The position numbers and the translations under genes are program-made. From contig NC_068981.1 of NCBI RefSeq assembly GCF_001194135.2, forward strand, positions 118,595,482 through 118,651,097: DNA of 55,616 nucleotides, written 5' to 3'. Source of the stretch: Octopus bimaculoides. Lineage: Eukaryota. The notes beneath the pieces were generated by a model that was given only the letters and a program-made list of their open reading frames with translations, searched no databases and had not been told where the DNA came from. Below, piece by piece: positions 1-11,719 of the stretch. Position 1 is the stretch's first letter; each line of letters starts with the position of its first letter.

Positions 1-267
1 TAATATCTTTCTTAAAACGCATTTAATTACTACCATATATAGACACAGAATACACATTAATACACACATACATACAAATACCTGTCATTTTTTTTATTTA
101 GTGTGTGTGTATGTTTCCCATCTTAATATATAATGCTGAAGTTCTGTACTTACTAACATTTTTTTTTATTTAGTGTGTATGTGTGTGTGGTGCCCACATA
201 TATATACACTTAAGACTTTGTCGGGATGGGAGTTTGATCTACAGATTAACGTCCGCACGATTTTCAC

Positions 268-355
268 TAGGGTGTTACGGTTACGGTTTTGGGGTTAGGG
301 TTACGGTTTTAGGGTTACGATGAGGGTTAGTCTTACGGTTACCGTTTTAGGGATA
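268..355 (+). repeat. Degenerate telomere-like TTAGGG/TTACGG array inside the Helitron
   Basis: Interleaved TTAGGG and TTACGG hexamers are visible directly. Confidence 0.85.
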
Positions 356-429
356 CGTAATCGTGCTGGTGTTAATCTGAAAACTCACCGAAATGTGAAA
401 ACTACCGACCCTCCCATCTGTTATAACTT

Positions 430-750
430 TTGTTGTTCTGTTTAATATGTACATGGATTATGCCTCCAAAGAAGAGAGCTTGCTGGGGAAAGAAAGAAAC
501 CGGTTTAAAAAGACAGCAACAGACTGCAGAAATTCACCACATTCCAGAAGTTACTTTGAACATAATGCAAAACGGTGCGTCATCATCTACTGCCCAATCT
601 GATAGAACTCTGGCAGAACTGTGTAGCAACAGATCGCCAGCAATTGCTTCATCACAAATTGCCGTCCTAGCAGCTCCTGCGAAAACGAATTACCATGCTA
701 TGTATAATCAAGGTAGCGCAAAAAGTTGTTTTGCACAAGCATTTGTATAG
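430..750 (+). pseudogene. Possible remnant of a Helitron RepHel N-terminus (MPPKKR...)
   Basis: The ORF lies inside the Helitron and has a basic MPPKKR..G-K start resembling RepHel N-termini. No Rep or helicase motifs are present. Confidence 0.3.
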
Positions 751-1021
751 CCAATTAGATGGATGAAATTTACGTACACTTAATAATGTTACACAAAACA
801 GCCTTCAGACATTCCCTATTAATTTCGTCTTTTGAATTATGAACATATTTACATCATAAGGGTTTTTTCTTGTAAGGCTTTCTTTTTTAGTTGATTTTAA
901 CCTAGCAAGACTTATCGTAGACGGCGTAATAAGTCACACCCGGACAACGTCAGGTTATACTGCTAGTGTATGTATGTATGTATGTATATATATGTATATA
1001 TACACACACACATACACACAA

Positions 1022-1112
1022 AACTAGCTTCTTTCACTTTCATTCTACCAAATCCTTTTACAAGGCTTTGATCAGTCTGAGTCTATAGTAGACATAGTAG
1101 GACACAGGTATT
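1022..1112 (-). mobile_element. SINE family A fragment
   Basis: Degenerate reverse-complement match to the 5' half of the full copy at 50632-51033 (ttctttcactttcattctaccaaatcc..caaggctttg). Confidence 0.65.
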
Positions 1113-1199
1113 TGTCCAGAACAGGAATGCTAAACGTTCAACTCTCCGAGAAGTCGCTCTAGTCGCTCGTTTCAGCCTACGCTCCCACCACCATCACCA

Positions 1200-1456
1200 C
1201 CACCGATAACATTGGGTCTCGTGATACGACTCCCAGAGGAAAGACATGGCAACTAAGTCCTTCGGTGGAAAACCTATGGAAAGAGATGGACAGGATGCCC
1301 AAAGATGAATTAGGACGAAAGTAACAAAATGGACATGCAGTTGATTGACAGAACATGGAATAACACATTGCGAGAAGAAAGGAACCGCGGTGCTGGTGCA
1401 CTTTGAATGCCTGATGCGTCTGAAGACGTAGGAACCTCTAAATCTAAGTAAGTCAA
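1200..1456 (+). mobile_element. RTE-like LINE 3' fragment (degenerate)
   Basis: Translates to WKTYGKRWTGCPKMN*, matching the RTE C-terminal W..GKR..GRPK..W motif. It ends in aaatctaagtaagt. Confidence 0.5.
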
Positions 1457-1717
1457 AGAAAAAATGCAATATTATACAATGAATGATAGTGTTTGAAATT
1501 TTTAGGCATGCACGTCAGACAACTGCAGATAAGTTTCAGTCGTATTCTAACTTAATCTGCTTAAAGGCTTTTCACCCGGCCTTTATATTTTGGGACAAAT
1601 AGTCGACTTTGCATTTCATCTGTTTCAGAATCGATAAAATAACTATCAGTTGAGTACAGTGGTCGATATAGAAGCTGGCTTGTGATAAGTTACATTTTAA
1701 AGTGCCCTTTGTCTAGT

Positions 1718-1925
1718 TAGGTAGCGAGCTTGTTGAATTGTTACGGCGTAGGAAAAAGTGTTTAGCAGTATTTCTTCCGGCTCTTTGAGTTCTGAGTTCA
1801 AATGCTGCCAAAGTTGACTTTGCCTTTCATCCTTTAGGGGCCAATGCATTAAGTACCTACTGGACTCTCTCATCGACGTAATTGACTAGCCTCTTTCACC
1901 AAAATTTCAGGTCTTCTACCTATAT
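1718..1925 (+). mobile_element. SINE family C (tRNA-derived; core gtcgactttgcctttcatcc)
   Basis: tRNA-like head with a gagttcaaat B-box, plus the core shared with 19930-20110, 42195-42394, 42421-42616 and 55030-55230. A partial core copy lies at ~1590-1670. Confidence 0.7.
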
Positions 1926-2483
1926 TAAAGGAGGACGCTTTTGTCTAGAACAAAATACAGATCCTTGTGACTGGTCAAAATATTTTTGGAGCCAAAAATG
2001 GCTGCATAGCTTGGAAGTTAGTTTCAGTCATGGGGTTTCAGATTCAATCTCACAGCACAGCACCTTTGACAAATGTCTTATACAACAGTCTTTGTTTGGC
2101 CAATAGAGTGTAAATGAAATTTGGTAGAGGGATATTTTGCAGAATCCCATCATATGTATGTAGGTGTGCACAAACATACATACTTCTATATAAAATATAC
2201 AAGAATAAGGGCAGGGAATCGTCAATTAATAATAGAATTAATAATTAACAATTTTTGCCAAGTAGTTCAGTATGAAAAAACCTTTATCGGTAAAACCATT
2301 TATCATCATAAATATACAGGGATTAGCATTGAGTTGCTTCTCCAACATACTGAAAATTTAGAAATAGCAGTCAAAGAACTACTGATTCTAAACTACAAAT
2401 TTTTCTCTAAACGGATGGCGATATTTATGGCACACAGAACAAAAAAAACTTCTATATATATATATATACTTCTATATATATAT

Positions 2484-2516
<33 letters not shown>

Positions 2517-3372
2517 NNNNNNNNNNNNNNNNNNNNNNNNNNNNNNNNNNNNNNNNNNNNNNNNNNNNNNNNNNNNNNNNNNNNNNNNNNNNNNNNNNNN
2601 NNNNNNNNNNNNNNNNNNNNNNNNNNNNNNNNNNNNNNNNNNNNNNNNNNNNNNNNNNNNNNNNNNNNNNNNNNNNNNNNNNNNNNNNNNNNNNNNNNNN
2701 NNNNNNNNNNNNNNNNNNNNNNNNNNNNNNNNNNNNNNNNNNNNNNNNNNNNNNNNNNNNNNNNNNNNNNNNNNNNNNNNNNNNNNNNNNNNNNNNNNNN
2801 NNNNNNNNNNNNNNNNNNNNNNNNNNNNNNNNNNNNNNNNNNNNNNNNNNNNNNNNNNNNNNNNNNNNNNNNNNNNNNNNNNNNNNNNNNNNNNNNNNNN
2901 NNNNNNNNNNNNNNNNNNNNNNNNNNNNNNNNNNNTATATATATATATATTCTGCAATTATCAGAAGAAATAATAGAAAGACTATTTTGTATTCTGGTGT
3001 CCTTGAACATTGATTCGACTGTGCATATGGCCGTATGTATACAAAGATGCACACGTACATTTTAACATTCACACATATGTATGTATATAATAACACGAAT
3101 ACATAAACAGATATAAGTATGTATATGTACATGTGTGCATGCATATAAACTCACAAACACACAGAAATGGGTACCCGTGGAAAAACTACAGGTGATATCT
3201 ATTCAGTCTCATTGTTAGTTTCGCGCAGCAAAACGTATTGAAACTGGTTAATTGAATACCTAAATACCTTTTCCTATCATTTAATAAATAATTGAATACA
3301 CATATATACATAAATGCGCGCATACACATGCGCGCGCGCGTATGTATTATTCATACATGTATACATGCATAC

Positions 3373-3410
<38 letters not shown>

Positions 3411-3778
3411 NNNNNNNNNNNNNNNNNNNNNNNNNNNNNNNNNNNNNNNNNNNNNNNNNNNNNNNNNNNNNNNNNNNNNNNNNNNNNNNNNNNNNNNNNN
3501 NNNNNNNNNNNNNNNATATATACTTGTAAATTGAGGGTATAATCATTAAAATGATTGCATCAGTTGCTAGCGTATAAAAACGACTATATCGGTAAAATGA
3601 ATTTTTACCGATATGGTATATAATTATAAAAATATAATTATAATTAAGGTCGCGAAGTAGATGTCAAATACCTACAATCCACTCTAAATTTGTTCTCTAT
3701 TTATAACCTAAGGTCTAATGCGAGGTAATGAGCAAGAAGATTTACAAAATTTTGGGAAATGATGTATATATTGGTATC

Positions 3779-4064
3779 TACGGTTCCATATTTAAGAGAT
3801 GAGGAATTATGTACATTATTTACATTATGTACATTTGACGGATATTTGTCCTCATCTTGTTTGTTGTTAACACAAAGTTTCGGCTGATATACCCTCCAGC
3901 CTGCATTAGGTGTCTTGGGAAAATTTCAAACCTGGGTTCTCATTCCTAAGGTATTTCCCCAAGACACCTGATGAAGACTGCAGGGTGTATCAGCCGAAAC
4001 GTTGTATTCACAACAAACAAGATGAGGACAAATACTCGTCACATGTAAATAGTGTAAATAATGT
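3779..4064. mobile_element. Penelope-like pseudo-LTR pair in inverted (head-to-head) orientation
   Basis: 3779-3957 is the reverse complement of the unit at 53977-54161. 3958-4064 is a + strand copy of part of the same unit. Both arms contain a hammerhead motif. Confidence 0.75.
3963..4008 (+). ncRNA. Minimal hammerhead ribozyme motif (Penelope-type)
   Basis: GACAC-CTGATGA-A-GACTG..CAGCC-GAAA-CG-TT-GTATT. The core is intact. Stem II has one mismatch and stem I is imperfect. Confidence 0.7.
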
Positions 4065-4350
4065 ATATTGGTATATGTACGCAAAAATTTATCGGTATGT
4101 ATATGTACTTTTCGCCTGTATATTGTCGGTATATCTCTACTTCGGTGTGTAAAGTAATCTTTATTACAGAGCATGAAATCTCAGGATATAGTATTATCCG
4201 AAATTTTGTAAATCTTCTTGCTCATTACCTCGCATTCGGCCTTGAGAATAAATTTAGAGTGGATGGTACGTATTTGACATCTCCTTCTAGCATATAGGCA
4301 CTGGCGTTCCAGCGCCCTTAATTATAATTATATTTTTATAATTATATACT

Positions 4351-4407
<57 letters not shown>

Positions 4408-4444
4408 CGTGTGTGTGTATGTGTGCGTGCGTGTGTGTGTGTGT

Positions 4445-4672
4445 CTGTTTGTGTGTGTGTGTGTGTGTCTTTGTTTTTATGCTTGTCCTCCACCACCTCT
4501 TGGAAACTGATGTTGGTTTGTTTACATCTCTTACATCTCCGCAAATTACTAGTTTCAGCATAATAGACCGATAGAATGAGTACTAGGTTAAAATTAATAA
4601 GTACTGGGGTCGATTCGTTCAACTAAAACTCTTCAAGGCAGAGCATCAGCATAGCCTATGCCAAAGACTGAG
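4445..4672 (+). mobile_element. SINE family A, 3' half
   Basis: gaccgatagaatgagtactagg..aataagtactggggtcgatt matches the 3' half of 50632-51033 and follows a (TG)n linker. Confidence 0.7.
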
Positions 4673-4689
4673 ATATATATATATATTGA

Positions 4690-6572
4690 CAGGGGTTGGT
4701 CAAAATAATGGAAACACCTAGCATCATAGCGTCATAATTTTGAAATATCTATAAAACTGTCAAAAGCTTGTTTATTTTTTTTTTTTTTTTTTTTNNNNNN
4801 NNNNNNNNNNNNNNNNNNNNNNNNNNNNNNNNNNNNNNNNNNNNNNNNNNNNNNNNNNNNNNNNNNNNNNNNNNNNNNNNNNNNNNNNNNNNNNNNNNNN
4901 NNNNNNNNNNNNNNNNNNNNNNNNNNNNNNNNNNNNNNNNNNNNNNNNNNNNNNNNNNNNNNNNNNNNNNNNNNNNNNNNNNNNNNNNNNNNNNNNNNNN
5001 NNNNNNNNNNNNNNNNNNNNNNNNNNNNNNNNNNNNNNNNNNNNNNNNNNNNNNNNNNNNNNNNNNNNNNNNNNNNNNNNNNNNNNNNNNNNNNNNNNNN
5101 NNNNNNNNNNNNNNNNNNNNNNNNNNNNNNNNNNNNNNNNNNNNNNNNNNNNNNNNNNNNNNNNNNNNNNNNNNNNNNNNNNNNNNNNNNNNNNNNNNNN
5201 NNNNNNNNNNNNNNNNNNNNNNNNNNNNNNNNNNNNNNNNNNNNNNNNNNNNNNNNNNNNNNNNNNNNNNNNNNNNNNNNNNNNNNNNNNNNNNNNNNNN
5301 NNNNNNNNNNNNNNNNNNNNNNNNNNNNNNNNNNNNNNNNNNNNNNNNNNNNNNNNNNNNNNNNNNNNNNNNNNNNNNNNNNNNNNNNNNNNNNNNNNNN
5401 NNNNNNNNNNNNNNNNNNNNNNNNNNNNNNNNNNNNNNNNNNNNNNNNNNNNNNNNNNNNNNNNNNNNNNGATATCATCAGAAAAAGGTAATAAAAATTC
5501 ATTAAAATGACAGATCTACCGGACTTTCAAAGAGGTCAAATTGTCAAATTGTTGGTGCTCGTATGGCAGGCGCTAGCGTAACGAAAACAGCCGAAATGTT
5601 TGGTGCATCAAGAAGTACTGTCTCGAAAGTAATGACAGCCTTTGAGAAAGAGGGAAAAACCTCCTCGTCGAAACAAAGCTCTGGAAGAAAACCAAAACTT
5701 TCAGATAGGGACCATCGGACTCTTACGCGAATTGCTAGAAAGAATTACAAAAGTACAGCTCCCAGAATTACTGCAGAGCTTAATGACTACCTCGAGAACC
5801 CATTTTCCACAAAAACTGTTCGGCGGGAGCTGCACAAATCCGGTGGGAGGGCTGCAATCAGAAAACCACTACTTTCAAAAACAAACGTTGCAAAGCGTTT
5901 AGATTGGAGTAAAAACCTACTGAATTGGTCCCTAGAGAAGTGAAAGAATGTTATTTTCTCAGACGAGTCATTCTTTATATAATTTCTGACCACCGGTCGA
6001 GTATACGTGTGGAGACAGCCAAAAGAAGCAGACTGCCTTCTTCCAACTGTTAAACATGGAGGAGGATATGTGATGATCTGGAGGTCTGTATCTTGGGAAT
6101 CCGCCGGCCCAATGGTTTCCCTTCATGGCAGAATTAACAGTCAAGACTATTTAAGCATTTTATCTGATCAAATTCATCCTATGGTTGCGGAACTGTTTCC
6201 AGAGGAAAATACAATCTTTCAGGATGATAATGCACCAATTCACACAGCTAAATTTGTTACTGAATGGCACGAAGAACATTCTACTGAAGTTGAGCATCTT
6301 AACTGGCCACCACAGTCCCCAGATCTCAATATTATTGAACATTTATGTTGCATTTTAGAAAACAAGTAAGGAGTCGATATCCTCTACCATCATCAGTACA
6401 AGAACTGGAAATTGTTTTAGCTGAAGAATGTATAAGAGTTCCTTTGGAAACATTTCAAACTTTGTACGACCCCATACCTCGTAGAATTCAAGCTATAATT
6501 TCTGCCAAAGGCGGTCCTACTCCATATTAAAATAAATTTGCTTGAAATTTCCATTATTTTGTCTAACCCCTG
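4690..6572 (+). mobile_element. Tc1-like DNA transposon with DD36E spacing (Incomer-like)
   Basis: TIRs are CAGGGGTTGGTCAAAATAATGGAAA (4690) and TTTCCATTATTTTGTCTAACCCCTG (ends 6572), followed by TA. A transposase lies inside, and there is an assembly gap at 4795-5470. Confidence 0.92.
5507..6530 (+). pseudogene. Disrupted Tc1 transposase
   Basis: Contains paired-HTH (MTDLPDFQRGQIVGARMAGAS), GRKPKL, FSDES, QDDNAPIH and WPPQSPDLNIIE. Broken by an 8-bp duplication (TCAAATTG x2, 5536-5551), two in-frame stops and a frameshift near 6362. Confidence 0.9.
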
Positions 6573-7539
6573 TATATATAATGGCGTGCATTCTTTGTTG
6601 GCATATGACAGACAAAGTTGTAAATCTTAACGAGAAACCCGCTAACTGATGATCCCTAAATGTAATTTTTGTGATAACCTGTCTACATCCAGCTTTAGAC
6701 ATTCAAACCCACCATTGTTGCTATCACTACCAGAAATGCAGTGAGCCAGTAATTGGATAGTTGGAACCCTTCGAGGAAGAATCGGAAAGTAATGCACATT
6801 TTATTTACATTAACCTTTGGTTTGCTGTCGTATGTACTTTTACAAATCAAAAATGTAATGCAAATAAAAATTGAATTACTTTTTAACTCAGTATCTTACA
6901 AACAGCGCTGTTGTTGTTTAGCAAATACGAAACAAAATAGAAAATTAAACAATATTCTTTTAAACCTGTCGAAAGTTTTATATGACAAGCATACTGACAG
7001 CGAGTTGACAGACAAGAGACGAGCGATCGACTTACAAATGTATAGGCAATGGGTGAACATTTAAGGAAGGCAAAGGCAATAATGAAACGAGGAACGAGTG
7101 AACAGACAATGACGACTTAACACATGAGCAAGCAACAAATGAACAGGCAACGAGCTAAACGAATGAACATACAAGAATAAGCAGACGTGCGAACTGATAC
7201 ACGAGTAAACAAGCAGTGAGAAGACAAACCAGTGAGAAGACAACATCTGAACAGGCAACGAATGACAGCGAATGAATAGATGAGTGGACATACAATGATT
7301 GAACAGACAAGTGGTAGTGGTTGTGATATTGCTTCTACTGGTATCGCAGGTGCTGATGTTGATGTTTGAACTGCCGTTTGTGTTGGTGATGGCCGTTTAT
7401 ACTGTTGATGGCCGTTTGTGCTAGTGCTTATAGCAGTTATAGTATTATGGTTGTTGAAGTGCAGCCCCAGATCTATAACACAATCGACCAAGTGACCCAT
7501 ATATCTAATTTCCCCGTTATACAAAATATCCGTCTGATT

Positions 7540-8600
7540 GAATGAGCTTGCTGCACATTACAATATGCAATGATGAATCTAATGGAATGCAGTGTGACTG
7601 TTTGGACATACTGCACTCTCTCTACTATGCAATCTATATCTACATATCTGTAAATACTGGTGATATAACAGTAGACACAAATAAAGTGAATTCCGTCAGA
7701 GCATGACAGTTGCTGCTTATCTATAAGTATTTTTGATAGGATGTATCCCTGCAAAGTATTTGGGGTCGAGCGAGGCAAATGATATTGGAAATATGTGTGC
7801 GTTTCTGTATTTACTTTTGTATGGGATGAGTGATGTTGTCATTGTTGCTTATGTATCTGTGTAGCAATGAATTCGGTATTTTACAAGTTTAGTTGGTTTT
7901 GCAGCTTTAGTATTTTTATTCCGTCTGGATGGTGGTCTGCGGCTGTTGGCTGTGTACAACCAGCGTCATGCAATGTTTTGTGTTCGCAGTTTATTGTGAC
8001 GTGATTGAGTGCCCAGCTAAGTTTAATATGGTTTATTTGTTTGTACACCATTGTGAATTTCTTTCTGCTGACCCACGTCGTGCTTAAGCTTTCTCCAAGT
8101 ATGTTTGTGTGTCATTTTATTTTCTTTATTAAGTCTTCAATGCATGATGTGAATATTTTGAAGGGCTCGTATGTATTTGTAAATATTTTATTTCGATGTG
8201 AGGGGAATGTTTTTGTTGTTGAGTGTGATGGTTGTATATGAGGTCCTCTATAAAAAAGAAGCAGTACACTTACTATGTGCTACTTTAAGCATGTTGCTCT
8301 GGAACCAGGTTTTAATGTGATTTAAGTAGTGTTACTGTGCTTATTCAACGCAGAGTGAAAAATACTGTAAGAATTGGGACATGATGTCTTTTGCACTGGA
8401 TACTGTATATATTTTGTGTAATGGTGTGGGAATGCCATATTTGTGCGCGGAGTAAAAAGGACTGGTGCAAAAATCTAGAGGAGTTTGATGAGCCTTGTGG
8501 TACTGCATGTCTTGGATGTGTTATCTTTGCACACCAAACGATAAGCTTGTCAAGCAGTTTACGCGGCTTCTTAAGGTGGTGCTGAGTAATTTGTACGAGG
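7540..8600 (-). mobile_element. Degenerate I-group (Ingi/Vingi-like) LINE, RT C-terminal half
   Basis: The minus strand gives AVPQGS (GVPQGS), a decayed YADD region, YLNHIKTWFQSNMLKVA, TITLNNKNIP, STTW-QQKE, GCTQ..DH and a decayed CCHC. Many stops and frameshifts. Confidence 0.65.
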
Positions 8601-8611
8601 GTATAGTCGAC

Positions 8612-8820
8612 GGCCCACTCCGATGGCAAAAATGAGTAGTACCTGTTTTTCAAAATCCAGCCCTGTCACACTCTGTGTCAAGCTAAATCTCCCTGAGAAC
8701 TACGTTAAGAGTACGTATGTCCGTGGAGTGTTCAGCCACTTGCACGCTAATTTCACGAGCAACTGTTCCATGGATCGGATCAACTGGAACCCTCGTCGTC
8801 GCAACCGACGCAGTGCCAGC
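8612..8820 (+). mobile_element. SINE family B, 3' part
   Basis: ctgagaactacgttaag..gtggagtgttcagccacttgcac..ggatcaactggaacc is the reverse complement of the body seen at 48446 and 55265. Confidence 0.8.
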
Positions 8821-10159
8821 ATAGTAGACAACAGAGTCGAAGGTTTTGCTAGTCCTAGTAGCAGTTAAAAAATCGGGGAAAATAAATGATTGTATGACAG
8901 AATCGGGTCCTTTATAATAGTTTCGTTCTATGTATTGCAATTTTGGTCACTCGCCGCACGAAAATCCCATAAAAGGACAGAAAATTTGCACAAAATTCAT
9001 AAGAAAATTTCGTACTGCAACGTATCGACAACGGTTATTTTGGTGTTTTGAAAATTGAAACGTCGAGATAATTTTAATCATGAAATACATATTCTAAATT
9101 CCGAAATTGTCTAAATATATTAAATCTAGGTTAAGTTGTAAAAATATTACTATACAAGTATTTAAAGATAATCACTTAACGCTTGAAGATTTTGATAAAG
9201 GTTTTTAATTTCTTTAATCTGTTTTTATTTTAGATGATGGAAAAGAGGTTAATAGCAATTTTGTTAGTAATAAAAAGAAAATTATATAAATTTTGCATCC
9301 AACTCAGTTTTGACTGTCCTTACAGACTGAAGCATTGTCAGATCTGGATGGTATCTCACAGTTTTTCCTTAAGAGTTTCTAAGGTAAAGCTCCCTAACTA
9401 CAGTCAAAATTTGTCCTAATTTTCGTTTCAAATAGGAACAACTCCCATTGAGCTGAAAATTTCGAAAATCATTTACACAAAAACAGTCTCAATCTGTCAA
9501 CCAACTAAATTTAGAGCAACTAAATTTATCGAATCCATAATTATAAATCTATTAGCATATTTTTAGACACAAATAACATTATATTCAATTGAAAGTTGTA
9601 TTCTTAAAGAAAAGCTAGTTTATTTTTGATGCGTTTAAGTGACTAACACAAATTGATGATAAATTAGCACATTTTGTAGTGTTTCATGTTTGTAATAGAT
9701 TTCAAGAACAAACAATTAGCATAGTGTGATACGTAAATTTGTGAATTTACAGCAATATTATTTGAATAGATCTCAATTTATCTAAATATTCTTCACATAA
9801 ATGTTTAATTGCTTCCGGAGTGCTGGAAGATAGTTTGCTTTGTCAAATCTTATTTTTAACCCATATGACCCAAAAACTGTACTTCGAATTCTACTAAAAT
9901 GTTATATGCTAATGTCGCAAATCGTTTTTCCCAATCTTAAAACGTTAAAAACTTTGAAATAAATTTTTACCGTAAATTTATGAATAGCTCAAACGATGCT
10001 ACTCAATATTTCAACTGAAAATGTTTTGTAAAGCATTTCCGTCATGATAGTTATTGTACAAAATAAGTAAATGATATTTTATTCCAACTTTTAAAGACAT
10101 TGTTGATATTGAAATTACATTTCCATATTCTACAACGTCTCCAAATTAAAGCGTGAAAG

Positions 10160-10452
10160 TGTAGTCCGACAAAGACGGTTCTGCAATTTCTTGCTGAACG
10201 ACCTGCACAAATGATTTGTTTATAGTAATCAAATGTTTGTGTTGTACATTAACACACTCTCTCCATCAAATTCACGTTGCCTGAACAGGTTCATGGTGTA
10301 CTACACGTCAGGTGCCGAAGCGATAATAGGGCAACATGAGACGAAGTTATTTGCTCAGGAACACAACGCACAACCCTATCCATGAATTGAAACCACGATT
10401 TCGCAATCGTGAGTGCAGCACCCTTACCATACCACTAGGCAATCATCCTTCG
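10160..10452 (-). mobile_element. tRNA-derived SINE (distinct body)
   Basis: The tRNA-like head is on the minus strand (gaattgaaaccacgatttcgcaatcgtgagtgcagcaccctta) with a ttgctcaggaacacaacg core. Confidence 0.65.
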
Positions 10453-10537
10453 ATTATAGAATAATAAATTTAACATTTAGAAATATTTCTAAAAGACTTT
10501 ATCTGGATAAAAAAAATTAATTATTTTTCTCGTTTAA

Positions 10538-10765
10538 CCCTTTGAATGTCAAAAACATTTTCATAAGTTTGTCTCACGCGTCTATGCTTGTTTTCAGACT
10601 CTTAAAGCTTGTTTCAAACGTGCTCAGTAATATAAAACGTTCCTTTCATAAGTGTCAAGATATTCTGGTGGTTGTAAAAAATAGGAATGCGAATTATATA
10701 TGATGCATGGGCACCAGGGAAATATATTCTGTGTATAATATATGATACACAGGACAAGCGAAGTG
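10538..10765. mobile_element. Possible piggyBac-type MITE
   Basis: TTAA on both sides. The ends CCCTTTGAATGTC and GACAAGCGAAGTG are imperfectly complementary (about 9/13). Confidence 0.3.
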
Positions 10766-11719
10766 TTAAGTCTTATTTGAAGCATCAGGCGAATGGAGAA
10801 ATAACATATTTAACCATGGTATATAGAATAATTAACAGACAGTTATTTCTTTAGAATTTTTTTTTTTTTTTTTACATTGAGGTTTTTATCAACGCACAAG
10901 TGGTAATGTTTTAACAAATATATTTTCATTAACCTTTGAAACTAACTGACAAATAATGTACTTTCGTAGCCTTCACTTTTACGTTTCAAAAACTACATTG
11001 GATAACTGGCCCTGCTGCATGCTTAAATTTTTATTGATACATTTTTATTAAAAATTCTTTTGTCTTGTTTTGATTTGGTAATTATTTTAATTTTGTTTTT
11101 CATAAATACACTTAAATTTAAATTTTGTAGCTATTTCTTTGAAAATTTTTCTTTATGTTAATGAAGCTATTTAATCATGAAAGGCTTTGCGATATTTTTA
11201 TAGCTTATTTTTTTAAATAATTTTCTTTCAAGATCATGAAAACAAAATCCAATTATTTTCTGTATATCAGGTTCTACCCTCATGTTATATCACTGATATA
11301 ATATGTTGCTGTATTGATGAAAACATTTTATTTCCACAAAGTGTAGCTTAAAGTAATCTATACTACAATAGTAAATTTCTTTTTTGAACACGTAATCGTT
11401 TATTTTATTACACTGTATCCATGTAAATAATAAATGCATTCAATGCAGTAAAAATAAACATCAAATTGAAAGTTAATAACCCTTTGAAACCTTTTTCAAT
11501 CAACAAGTGAACAGAATTCTATATGTGTGAAAGGTCAGATTGTTTGGTGTTGAAACCATCATGTATTTTCTGTTTTGTGTATAGTGTAGTGCTTGAATGT
11601 TGCAATTTGGAAATGGGGATGTGTCTGTTTATAACGGTAAAAATTTATCTTACTATGCACATCCTGTTTATGGATGTTGTTTACTTGAGTTCTTGCTTAG
11701 ATATATAACAAATTTTAAT

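Larger units (their letters stand above)
121..966 (+). mobile_element. Non-autonomous Helitron
   Basis: 5' A|TC start (TCTTAATATATAATG at 121). The 3' end is CTAG|T (963-966), preceded by a short GC-rich hairpin CCGGACAACGTCAGG (~941-955). The A/T insertion site has no TSD. Confidence 0.7.

Noticed and set aside
268-355. Possible true telomere or chromosome-fusion site
   Set aside because: The array is short, degenerate and enclosed in a Helitron.
2121-5505. Long ORFs in the track (314, 256, 245 aa and others; also ~30041-30670, ~34281-34812 and ~52250-53038)
   Set aside because: They are open only because N runs translate as X.
6630-6700. CTGATGA at 6646-6652 as a hammerhead core or snoRNA C box
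   Set aside because: No downstream stem II + GAAA, and no D box or terminal stem.
8623-8940. Recurring peptide VDRINWNPRRR (also 48320-48553, 55226-55564)
   Set aside because: It is a chance frame through SINE family B, not a protein family.
8930-10150. AT-rich block resembling an old DNA transposon
   Set aside because: I could not find matching terminal inverted repeats or coding remnants.
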